From Azolla caroliniana (lineage: Eukaryota > Plantae > Polypodiophyta), in NCBI GenBank assembly GCA_043228905.1, contig JBHGNT010000012.1, forward strand, positions 17,360,001 through 17,424,000: a stretch of DNA of 64,000 nt, given 5' to 3'. Below the pieces are notes generated by a model. That model was not told the origin of the DNA. It saw only the letters and a list, made by a program, of their open reading frames with translations, and did no database searches. Made by a program: the position numbers and the translations under genes. Below are positions 22,976 to 34,330 of this stretch, one piece after another (position 1 is the stretch's first letter; every line of letters starts with the position of its first letter).

Positions 22976-23049
22976 ATAATTTTCTTTATTGACACTCATT
23001 ATAAGTAGTTTTTTAACACACATTTATTAATATTATCATGTTTTTTTTT

Positions 23050-23168
23050 AGAGAGAGACAGAGAGAGGATATGTATGGAGTAATAGAGATGAAAAAATTG
23101 GTTCTCAAACCCAAGAGGCTTACCCAAGAGTTAAGCCTCATAGTCTAACAACTTACCACTTGGGTAAT
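23050..23168 (-). repeat. Degenerate tRNA-derived SINE-like repeat (homolog at 56177-56280, +)
   Basis: Shared TTACCCAA(G/T)TGGTAAGTTGTTA...CTTGGGTTTGA(G/A)A(A/C)CCAA plus similar CATACATATC tail; A/B-box-like layout. Confidence 0.45.
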
Positions 23169-23629
23169 GTAATTACAAGAAAACGAAAGAGAGATGTGCA
23201 AAGATAAAATTCATTTTCTTATGTGTTAATGAGTGTCAAAACCCATTGATTGCATTCATAGATAGGAAACCTTGCCTAATCTGATAGGTGGTTAACTCTT
23301 TTGTCTCTCTTTGGTGCATGAGTTCATCCATAGGTGGTTCAGCTTTTCGAACCTTCGTAGCCATGTTCCACAATGTATATGCAATACAAAAACTCTTCAT
23401 CCAAGATAGATATAGAGGAAAAGGTAAAAACTACTGAGTCAACAAAGCTTTTTCGCCATAAGATTGTCACTTAGTTGGTAATTGCCAACATAGACCAAAA
23501 TGTCATGTGTTCAAATGGTACATTTTGTGGTGGCATCTAGTAAAGTAGTGCAATGAGATTTGTGGGGACATGGGTCATTAAAAACTTGGATTACTACTAG
23601 GGTAAGCCCATCATGATTAATAAAATTAA

Positions 23630-24172
23630 CTATGGCTCCGGTTCTGTTTATGTTCTTTACCTTGAAACCAAACCAAACCATTTATAGGAAACAAAAACCA
23701 AACCAAACAGTTTATGTGCTTTCAAGTGACTTAAACCAAAACATTTAGGAAAAGGTAAACAAAACCATTTAAACAAAACCGTTTAGGGAAAGCTTGAAAC
23801 CAAACAGAACCATTCAATAAAAAAACTTAAGCCTAACCATTTAAGTCAAACTAATAAAAAGATTAAATAAATAAAAAACATTAAATTAAATAAGCATTTA
23901 AGTTAAATTGATTAAATTAGTAAACAAAAAACATTAATTAAACCATTAAGAAAACAAGGAAAAAGCTATACAAAAACCAATAAACCATTGAACCGAACCA
24001 CTTAAACCTATAAACTTATAAACCCGAGTTTTAGAATTAAACCGAACTAAAACCAAGCCATTCAATAATAATTGAACCAAACCAAACCATTTAATTATAT
24101 TGGAACCGATAAGCCGTTAAACCATGGTTTAACTGTTTGGTTTGGTTTGAGCTGAAACCAAACGCATAGCGA
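23630..24172. mobile_element. Possible MITE or non-autonomous DNA transposon
   Basis: AT-rich, many AAACC(A/G) subterminal motifs that invert to GGTTT at the right end, CTATG...CATAG ends, flanking direct repeat AATAAAATTAA at 23619-23629 and 24173-24183. Confidence 0.45.
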
Positions 24173-24913
24173 AATAAAATTAAGCTTGTATGACCAATTT
24201 AATCCTTAACGTTCTCAACTTAGTTATCTCCAAGATCATTTGAACATGTTGCTTCTCTAACTATGAGTTTAGGCATCTCTTGTTAAGATTTGCTTGAATT
24301 GTATTCTCGCTTCTCGATATTTACTCTCTCCACCAAGGATTACATTTACATTATCAACGTTTCATTAACTACCAACAAACTTATGTCATGGACTAGTCTT
24401 TCGGACCCTTGTAAGCCACAGATCGAGGGTTGAACTTTTACCGGCTCTCAATCCATTGTTGCAAATGACAATCAGCCACCTATTAAGTAAAAAACACCTG
24501 CCAATTCTACCTCGGATTGGGCCATCTTCTTTCAGTTTCTTAGTCACATATCATGGTAGTATAAATTTCATGATCTGACTTTGTATCATGCCAACCTTGT
24601 TTTCCTCTATCACAGCTTTTGGTGGCGCAGCAACATCAACTTTGATAACTGAGGTTAGCAATATGCCAATCTTGTTGAATCATGACCCTCAGATATATTC
24701 ACTTGAATGTGTCAAATTGATCAAAGAAGCACATGGGCATTTCATATTGTAGCCTGAGTTGATAGCTCCATAAATTGATCGCTTCATCAATGTCAATCAC
24801 AACGTTTCATGTTAGAATCAATGTTCTTACATAGGAGAATGAGCTTTGACAACATAAAAAACCATCTGGGTCAATGACAGAGATACATGTAAACATGCTC
24901 CCATTTCCATCAA

Positions 24914-27562
24914 TCAGCCATGCTCTAACACCATTGAAGATTGTAATGCCGTCTCAATGATATGCAATTGTTCCCACATGTGAGCATCAGTATAAATATT
25001 GGCCATCACAATGAATAGGGAAGCATTGCTTTTAGTGAGCTTTGAAGCACATTCAAAGGCATGCCTTCCGAGCTCCACATTTCCCCACTTACAACATGCA
25101 CCTAATATACTGCACCAGCTGGCAAGATTCGGTTGGTGTGGCATCTTTTGTATCATTAACACTGCCTCATTGAACTGGCCAGCTCGGGCAAATGCGTCGA
25201 GCATGCAATTAAAGTGAGAGATTAGTGGTGGGAATCCGTGAGAGATTTCCATAGCCATGAAGTAACATTGAATAACATCGACCAGTCCAGCATGACTGCA
25301 TGCAGAAAGAGCTCCAAGGAAGGTTATATGGTTTGGTCGTATACCTTTCTCAATGATCTCCTCAAAGAGATAGAATACACTTTCACTTTGTCCTTGACGA
25401 GCATATCCCGCAATTATTGCATTCCATGAGACAATGTCCACAAAACATACCATAGTGACTAGATTATATGCATCTGTTAGGCTTCCACACTTACCATACA
25501 TGTCAATAAGAGCATTTTCCAATGCCATATGGGAGGCTTCCAGTCTAGCTATTGGAAGATCAAACATTTTAGTACGGTTGAATACCTTATCTTCAAAACC
25601 ACAAAGAAAATTATCGTTGATGCCAACTTTAACAATCTCGGAATGCATCACTCGGCCCATATCTATAGCTCCAATCATGCTACAGGCCTTCAAAATGCAG
25701 ATATATGTAACCATGTTCTTTGATACTCTCTCTGCTTGCATTTGGTCCACACATTTCAATGCCTCCTCAGCATGTCCATGATCAACATATGCTGCAAGTA
25801 GAGTAGACCACACTACCACATTATGTACTTGTGTGCATCTAAATAGTTCTTGTGCCTCTCGAAAATGGCCACATTTTGCATACATATCTACCAAACAATT
25901 ACCAACAAAAGTCTCCCTCTCTAAACCTTTTTTAACAATCTCAATGTGTAGTTTTTGACCTTTCTGAACAGATTCTAAACTTCCACATATTTTAAGAAAA
26001 GAAATAGACGTAGTTGTATCTAAGTGAATATCCTTAGATTGCATTTCTTCCAGACAATTTAAAGCCTCAACATGATGCTCATGTTCAATATAACTTGATA
26101 TGATTGTATTCCAAGACACTAAATTTTGCATTGGAAGCTTGTTGAAGACCTTTCTTGCTTCTAGAAGAGAACCACATTTGGCATACATATCAACTAGCAC
26201 ATTGCCAAGTACTTGATCTACCTCTAGACCCTCTTTCAATACCTTAATGTGTATTCTTCTTCCCTCATTGATCATACCTGAATTTCCGCAAGCCTTCAGA
26301 CTGCAATTAAATGTGGTAAAATCTGGGAACACACCAAAATGTGACATTCTATAAAAAAATTCTAAAGCATCTTTATCATGCCCATGTTCGGCATTTCCAT
26401 TGATAAGAACATTCCACGTAACAACAGTTCGTATTTGCATAGCTTCGAAAACACACCTCGCATCTACAAGGAGGCCACACTTTGTATATAGATCCAATAA
26501 GGTGTTGCAAAGAACAATACTTTTCTCCATGCCTATAGCTACAATTTTAGCATGCATACATTGGCCTTCTTCTATAGATCCTAAGTTACTACAAGCCTTC
26601 AAAATGCATACAAATGCAGCCTCATCAGGGGAGACTCCACATTCATGGATCTTTTCCATGTATTTCAATGCCTCCTCACTAAGCCCACTCTCTACATATC
26701 CTGAGATCAGGACTGTCCACACTATTAAGTTTCGATGCAAAGCATGTTCAAATAACGTTTTTGCTTCTAGAAATGAACCACATTTTACATACATCTCTAC
26801 TAGATTGACCTCTAGAGATTGAGTACTACTTTCAACTCCTTTGCAAACAACTTGTGCATGTATTTGTTGACCAGTGTCTAAATCTCCTAATAAGGTACAT
26901 GCTTTTAGGCCACAAGAAAGTGTGATAGCATCTGGAGACATACCTTCTATTTCCATCTGTTTGATGCTGTTCAAAGCATCAAGCACACATCCATATTCGA
27001 TAAAACCAGTCACAAGAACATTCCATGAGATCACATTTCGAGAAGAAAGCTTATGGAACACGTGGTGTGCTTCTTGGATCATACTACATTTCACATACAT
27101 GTCAATCATCGTATTACCCACGAAAGGGTCCATTTCAATGCCTCCTAGAATGATTTCCATATGCAGTGTTTGACCTTCTGTGATGCATTTAAGCTTAGAA
27201 CAAGCTTTTAGCAAAGCCACAAACGTGTATTTAGAGGGTCTTATACACCAATTTTCTTGCATATTCTTATGGAAAAGCATCAACGAATGTGTTGGATTAC
27301 CACATTCTATACATTCTTGCATGAGACTCGTCCATGATCTTTCGTTCCGACAACCCTGGAATCGTTCGAAAATGTAACATGCATCAAGCATGCTTTTACA
27401 TTCAACAAAACTAGAGATAAGATAGTTTGCAACATTAGTGTGAGATTCCAAGCCTTTCTTGCATATCTGGACGTATGCATTTCTAACACACTCCACATCT
27501 TTGCGTTGTCTGCATTTCTGAAGGCTACAAACGAATTCATTGACCACCACATTTTCAAGCAT
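24914..27562 (-). CDS. PLS-class pentatricopeptide repeat protein with C-terminal E domain (candidate organellar RNA-editing factor)
   Basis: Repeated P-L-S triplets (N.LVDMYAKCG...A..VF; VSWN..I.GY; PD..TF...LKAC) and E motif MPHQPNLASWCSILGACCKWGNVELG; no DYW; 882-aa uninterrupted ORF. The true start may lie in an upstream exon. Confidence 0.93.
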   Translation of the reverse strand: MLENVVVNEFVCSLQKCRQRKDVECVRNAYVQICKKGLESHTNVANYLISSFVECKSMLDACYIFERFQGCRNERSWTSLMQECIECGNPTHSLMLFHKNMQENWCIRPSKYTFVALLKACSKLKCITEGQTLHMEIILGGIEMDPFVGNTMIDMYVKCSMIQEAHHVFHKLSSRNVISWNVLVTGFIEYGCVLDALNSIKQMEIEGMSPDAITLSCGLKACTLLGDLDTGQQIHAQVVCKGVESSTQSLEVNLVEMYVKCGSFLEAKTLFEHALHRNLIVWTVLISGYVESGLSEEALKYMEKIHECGVSPDEAAFVCILKACSNLGSIEEGQCMHAKIVAIGMEKSIVLCNTLLDLYTKCGLLVDARCVFEAMQIRTVVTWNVLINGNAEHGHDKDALEFFYRMSHFGVFPDFTTFNCSLKACGNSGMINEGRRIHIKVLKEGLEVDQVLGNVLVDMYAKCGSLLEARKVFNKLPMQNLVSWNTIISSYIEHEHHVEALNCLEEMQSKDIHLDTTTSISFLKICGSLESVQKGQKLHIEIVKKGLERETFVGNCLVDMYAKCGHFREAQELFRCTQVHNVVVWSTLLAAYVDHGHAEEALKCVDQMQAERVSKNMVTYICILKACSMIGAIDMGRVMHSEIVKVGINDNFLCGFEDKVFNRTKMFDLPIARLEASHMALENALIDMYGKCGSLTDAYNLVTMVCFVDIVSWNAIIAGYARQGQSESVFYLFEEIIEKGIRPNHITFLGALSACSHAGLVDVIQCYFMAMEISHGFPPLISHFNCMLDAFARAGQFNEAVLMIQKMPHQPNLASWCSILGACCKWGNVELGRHAFECASKLTKSNASLFIVMANIYTDAHMWEQLHIIETALQSSMVLEHG

Positions 27563-30500
27563 TACAGTGACATGTCCAGAAGGCTAATATACAGGCAGTA
27601 TTTGATTGTGCATCAACAGATAGGCATTTCTTTTGGTCTAGCAAATGCCCACAAAGCAAAGCAGTGATATATTTGTCCTGTTATACACAAGAATAATACA
27701 GAGGTGAATAAACAGAGCATATGGGTAACAGAGAAACCAAATTGGGTTTAAGCCGTTCAAAATTACAGTTTCACGGTTCGGTTCGGTTCGGTTCAAACCG
27801 AACTGTTGCCGATTGCTAGGCTATAATGGTATCACTAACTTTGGGTGGTGTCACAGCTACATGGGGTTAGTGAGAGTTTGGACATGACACCTAATCAGGT
27901 TTGTGTAGGTAAAGGACCTCAGCTTCCATTTTATGTTCTCTTAGTTGCGTCCAAATTGACCCAAATATAATTATATTCAATTGAGCTCTTATATTTATCA
28001 AACTATTTCCGTAACCAACAGATGGGCGTAACTGTAAGTAGATATTAGGTCATATATATACACATCATGGGGTATTTTTACAATTAGCCGTAACATTTTT
28101 GTTATTGTGGATGGTATTGATACTAGGACATATGTCTAACTGAGGGCTATGTTTTTTGATATTACCCTTTCAATTTTATACCGGTGTCGTGAAGTTATGT
28201 GTGTGCGTGTGAAATTTGAGGCGGGCCACCAAGGACTTGAACGGGAGAGGATGGATTGAAATTGTTACGTGAGTCGAAAGGCTCCGATGATTTGAAAGCT
28301 TCATAGAGTCAAAGTCTCATCGGGCACGAAGGCTCCTTGGACTCGAAGGTTCCCATGAGTCGGAGGCTTGTAGGAGTCGGAGAGAGAGGCGAGTCGAACG
28401 ACAGACTATGGAAGGTCGTTACTACACACTCGGAGGTCGGAATTTAAAATCCAAAAAATCCGTCGTGATCCTCATGGTGGAGGCTTCATTCCAGATACTC
28501 AAATAAGTGGATTTACATAAACAAGAGATATATACATTGTATTAAAATTTTGTAAGCATTAGTAAGTTTATGAGGGTGTATGTACAATGAGAATATCTCT
28601 TGGCTCCATTACATGGAGTGAACAAGCGATAGAAGAAGGATAAGAAGAAGATAGGAATACACAGAGAAGATAAGTTCATGAGTAGAGCTTCAGGTGAATA
28701 TCCTCGAGTTTCATTATGACATCTCAACAAATGACGACCACATCAATTTGTCGTTGTTGAGCTCATGCGCCCTCTTGATTCACAACACTCCCTCTCTTCG
28801 AAATTTGGCAGCACTTTCACATCTCTAACTTTCCTAGTTTAACTTAACTCCTCCTATACATTTCCCACATCATGACACCCATGATTGTAGAATAAGGGAA
28901 ACACATAAAAGTCATGTTTGCAACTTTACAAGTGGCACATAATAATTGGGTCCTATAAATGCGCATTGATTAATGGCACGTAGAAAACATTCCTAGCCAA
29001 AAACTCTTTTGGCAATCCTTTGCATTGGAAATTTTAACTTGGAAAGCCGAATCAAGATGTGTGCATGTGTGTGTGCGCGCAATCTTGACACATATACAAA
29101 CATGCATATAAGGGATGAAATAGATGATTATATGTATCAAGGAAGCTCAACGTGGATTAGGATAATGCACATGTAATTAATTCACTAACCAATGGGAGGG
29201 ATAGATTTGATACCTTTCCAAATATTATCATTAAGGGTTGGAAAGTGTATGCGGCTTATCTTGAGGAAATATGTCCCTAGTTTAAACATTTATCATGAAT
29301 GTATGTGGGTAATGGGCACCTATAGATACCCAACTTTATGAGAATGGGTTGTAATAATGGAAATAAAGTTCTACAAATATACATTGTCCATTAAAGCATG
29401 AAATACACCACACATGCCCTTTAATATTATTGTAGCATCAACATGACTGCTTTTCTTTATTGGGTCAATTGCTTTTACAATACTTGTTTAACACAAATTC
29501 ATCAGTGATCACGAGAGTGGTTCAGAGTAGTGGAGCAATGATTTGTATGACCTTACATGGTGGTGTACATGTGCTTGTTTGTGTCATTGAGAGACACATC
29601 ATCATTCTTTGTGTTTCTTAGATCTTTCTCAAGAACTAAGCTAGTTAGAATAAAAAATATATTGAAAAGAAAGAAAGGAAGGTACTTCCTAATACGTTGT
29701 TGATCAAGCCACACTACAATATTAGGTCGTGACATTTTTTGCAACAATCTATGAGAGGTTACAAAAGTTTTAAGCTTGTCACCGAAGCTTTGTGTGCAAG
29801 ACAACATGTGATCATGCACCTAACAATTGTTTTTCTCAGTGTGTCCACATGTGGTTTGCGTCATATTCATGAATGTATGTGTTAAGTATACATTGTCTTA
29901 TGCAAAGGCCTATTAGTAAATGTGAATTTTTATGTGCTTATAATATAAATGAGTATGTGAGAGTGTATGTTTATAAATATGTGTAATGGTGTGGGTATGT
30001 CCAAAAATGTGTGAGTGTAATTGTACGTGTTTGTGTATGTGCAAAGCAGAGTGAGGTTAGTGTGGTCGTGAGGTTCACGTAGCTCTAGGGTTGGAAAACA
30101 AGGTCTACTCACCTCTAGTGTTACTCCTCTTGTGTGTAGCAAGGCTAAGGTTAGGGTTGACGGGCTTGACACTTCTTTGTCCAGCAAATAACACTCCTTT
30201 AACCACAATGCTTGAGGTTCGACACTTGTCTCAAGTAGTCACACTAGTTGAAGATAAGACTTGTTCGTTCAAACACTAGATCGTATCCTTGATTTGACAT
30301 CGAGAGTCTATGATCAACTAAGCATGATTTTCTACCACATCAAGGTTCTTTTTGTTGATGAAGTCTAGGTGTCAAATTCTCAAAATCTTGACATCAAATG
30401 TTGGACATAAAATCCTCCACCCATTGAACCCAAGAATGAGCTCTCCCTCTCATTTTATAGCCCTTGCATGAGTTCTCTTGTTCATTAAAATTGTATTCTC

Positions 30501-30912
30501 CCTTTTATGTATATGCACCTAGTCTTTCCTTGTTGCATGGGTGCTTGGTCTGACCAAAACAGCACCACACACTTCCATGTCATCTTTTGCCCATTTGTTT
30601 CCTTATTGTTTTGCTTTTGGCATCTCTTAATGGATGTTAAATCTTTGACCCTTCCATTAGCAATGATTAACTTTTGTCATTTGGGCTATGCCTTTCATTG
30701 TTGTCTTTATTTATTTGTTTTCCTTTTCCATTTGTTGACCCTGTTGTTCAATTTTTCAGACATCATGAAACTTGACTTTATTTATTGCAATTTTCTCCTT
30801 ATGCATGTGCTATATCATAACACTGTTAATATCATTTACAAATTATTCAACAAGGTTAAACAACGTTGTCGCCAAAATAACTTGCGCATGAATAAAATAT
30901 GAGTGGAACCGT

Positions 30913-32680
30913 TGTCGCGAAGTTTCGCGCGCGTGTGTTACTTGGGCGGGACCACGGGGGTCTCGGACTAGGGAGTACTCAAGGGATAGAGAAGACCCAA
31001 GGTTTGGTTTATGACAATACTACTTCCCCACCCCTTCCCGAGCAAGGTCTCGTTCCCCTTTAGTTTTGTGAGGCCGGTGGCTCTCGTTGATCACGACTCG
31101 TCGACCTTCCGAGATCACCGTACGAGCCAAGTGACCAAACGAGTACAAGCAAGATGAGCACGCAACATGAACGCACAAGGGGACGATAACACAAACACGA
31201 ATGTCCGTACGGCTTTATGAGGAGGAGAGGTGCATGGGCGCGCCTGAACGCTCCCTCGTGACAAGATGTCGAACGTACGAGGAAGACACAAAACACAAGC
31301 ACAAAATGCTCGTATGCCTTTATGAGGAGGAGAGGTGCATGGGCAAGCCCGAACGGTCCCCTCGTCACAAGACGGTCGAACGTAGAAGGAAGACACAAAC
31401 ACACACACAAATGCTCGTACGTCTTTATGAGGAGGAGAGGTGCATGGGCAAGCCCGAACGGTCCCCTCGTCACAAGACGACCGAACGTACAAGGAAGACA
31501 CAAACACACGCACAAATGCTCGTACGCCTTTATGAGGAGGAGAGGTGCATGGGCAAGCCCAAACGGTCCCCTCGTCACAAGACGGTCGAATGTACAAGGA
31601 GGACACAAACACGCACACAAAATGCTCATACGCCTTTATGAGGAGGAGAGGTGCATGGGCAAGCCCGAACGGTCCCCTTGTCACAAGACGGCCGAACGTA
31701 CAAGGAAGACACAAACACACATACAAATGCTCGTACGCCTTTATGAGGAGGAGAGGTGCATGGGCAAGCCCGAACGGTCCCCTCGTCACAAGATGGCCGA
31801 ACGTACAAGAAAGACACGAATAAAGAAAGAAGGAGAGAAAGAAACACGAACAATATTGACCAAAGAGTTAAATACGTGTTTGATTCTAATGTAAGAGGAC
31901 CCTTTATAAAATAGGGTTTTTTTTTTACAATGGCAACTTATAGTTAACCACAAACTCAATCAAAACATAAATATTAAATGCCCTTAGAGACAAGGCAAAA
32001 CCGAACACGGCGAAGACGAACACACGAGCACCACCAAAATGCCAATCCCAACGAACCATGACCACCCGAACGGCAAGCACACGGGCTCGCAACGACGAAC
32101 GGGGCGGAGCAACGTCGAGCCAACGAAGCTTGGGCTCACGAGCACGTGGCGATGGGGGGATGAAGGGGTATGAGATGAAGAAAAGTGGTGAATAAGGAGA
32201 TGAAGAGCTTCGAAGGAAAATTGGCAATAGTCTCCTCCTCCCAAAACGTCCTCCCCAATGAGCCCCCCTCGACATCCTTTTATAGGAAAAAAAGAAGGGG
32301 GGGGTCGCCAAATTTGTCTTCAATGAAAAAGGAATAAAATTCCTTAAATCACACTACACTGTAAGACTAGATTCAAGACTAGATTCAAACCGTGCACCTC
32401 TAGCTAGTACTCAATGTGACTATTCACTAACCCACTAACTCTTTCTTATATAATATATAATTCTATGTCTATAAATTTATAGCCTGTCTTCCCCTCTACC
32501 CTTTATCTCACCTCTCTCTTACTTTTTGCACGAGCTTCTATACCTCCCTTTTACCCTTTGTTTTCCTTTTTATTTTGCATATGCACAATTAATCGCTTTT
32601 GTGTGCACACATTGCACATGCACATTTTTTACCCCCTTTTCGTCGGTTTTTCCCACCCTCGAGCACGCCACATCACGACA
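30913..32680. mobile_element. 1768-bp insertion, probably a solo LTR, with 4-bp TSD CCGT
   Basis: TGTCGCGA...TCACGACA inverted termini; CCGT at 30909-30912 and 32681-32684; empty site GGAACCGTCGACC present in copy B at ~52038. Confidence 0.85.
31200..31815. repeat. Tandem repeat, ~105 bp x 6, inside the solo LTR
   Basis: Unit ATGCTCGTACGCCTTTATGAGGAGGAGAGGTGCATGGGCAAGCCCGAACGGTCCCCTCGTCACAAGACG...ACACAAAC repeated six times. Confidence 0.95.
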
Positions 32681-34170
32681 CCGTCGACCCGCCACCCAAT
32701 GGCGTCATGAAGCTTGACTTTAACAAATTATTCTCCTTTTGCACATGCCACATCATAACACCGTTAATATTATCTACCGATTGTTTAACAAGGTTAAACA
32801 ATGATGTTGCGAAAAAAATGTGTGGCTATGAAATATGAGTGGGACCGCTGGGGATTTGATAGGCCTTCCACGAAATTTTGGTAGGCCTTCATCATTCATT
32901 ACAAGGTTTGGACCCTTACATGACCTTATACTTCCAAGAGGTAGCTCTTGCCAATTGAGCTATATCTTTTTGTTATTTTGTGACTCATTCCATCGTATCC
33001 TTCTAGTATGTCTTTGAGCCAAATTTTAACCTTACATAAACTTGGAATCTTATGTTTTTTCTCCCACTATAGATGTCATATCATGACAATGCAAAACCAT
33101 CAAGTTAGCTAAGATCATAACTTTAAAGCATTCCCTCCTGTTTTGGAATCTTCTCAATATTAACTAAAAATGATATTAAAAATAATAAAGAAGGTTGGTA
33201 TTATGCCTTAAGTCACCAATAAAGCGAAACCTTATAATCTTAAGATTCACTGTCCCACTAGTAAATTTCCCTAGATTTCAAAGAGTGGTGATTATGCTAT
33301 TTTCCTAGGAGTGAAGAAGAACTGACAAAAGAACATATATTGTTTTTTTGGTCGTTGACACTATGATATTATAGGAAGAATACTATAGTTTTACATTATT
33401 AGTGTTGTCTCTCCTTCTTAATAGAGATACCACCATAATACTATTGTTGGGATATCACAATACCACCTATTACATCATCACCATTGGAGCATAGTTACAT
33501 ATGGTTTATGTTGCCATGGGACTAAATGTCATTGCCATGACCATGGGGAAGGTGGCTACATGTGGCTCTAACCCCTCCAATAGAGGTACCTTTGCATAAT
33601 TGTGGCCAATGTATCAACCGATAAACGCCATCTCTTTGAACCCACGATAATAAATGATGAGATGAAAGGGCTAAGAAGAGGCGATTAAAGAATGTTATAT
33701 TTAGAGCCTTGGCTCTTATAAAACTATATATAGTACATTATACATCCTAACTATAAAATAAAAGCATTAACTATACATTTTGAAGTATCTAACATCCTAA
33801 CTATAAAATATTATAACCAAAATAGGGGGGCCAAAATAGCCAAAAAGTTTTTTTTTTTTTGTTTAGGGGGGACAAATAGCCAAAATGGGGGGGCAAATAG
33901 CGCATTCCTAATTATATTTCATTTAGCTTTAGATTTATTTATAAACTCGTTGTAATATCCCTCATCTTACCGTGGACATTAATGATACTTCTTAAAAAAT
34001 ATAAAAAGAATTCAATTATAATAGGTCATACATGTTGATGTAGTAAATGGGGGGAATAGTTTAAAAAATGGTCTCTATTGTTTATTATCCACTAACTACC
34101 CCATTATTATTATTGGTTTTTATTTGATGTCCCTATTGACTTTTACATTTTCTTGGAACCAAATATGTAC

Positions 34171-34330
34171 ATAAATGAGCATTGAGGGGTATATGGTTTT
34201 AAGTTTGGTTCCTGATGTATGAGATTTCGTTTGTTTTCTATTTGATGTCCATAAATGAGCATTGAGGGGTATATGGTTTTAAGTTTGGTTCCTGATGTAT
34301 GAGATTTCGTTTGTTTTCTATTTGATGTCC
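34171..34330. repeat. 80-bp tandem duplication specific to copy A
   Basis: ATAAATGAGCATTGAGG...TTTGATGTCC occurs twice; single copy at ~53824-53903. Confidence 0.95.

Noticed and set aside
24190-24913. Degenerate E+/DYW extension of the PPR gene
   Set aside because: No PG-box, HSE or CxxCH motif found in the frames I read.
29830-30760. Additional solo LTR overlapping the start of duplication copy A
   Set aside because: LTR-like composition and a - strand TATA, but I could not define both termini or a TSD.
30507-30902. 131-aa hydrophobic ORF conserved at 51640-52035
   Set aside because: Conservation reflects the recent segmental duplication; T-rich, LTR-like sequence with no protein motif.
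31060-31894. Overlapping repetitive ORFs or a CRISPR array
   Set aside because: Plain 105-bp tandem repeat with no unique spacers; ORFs in many frames arise from the stop-poor unit.
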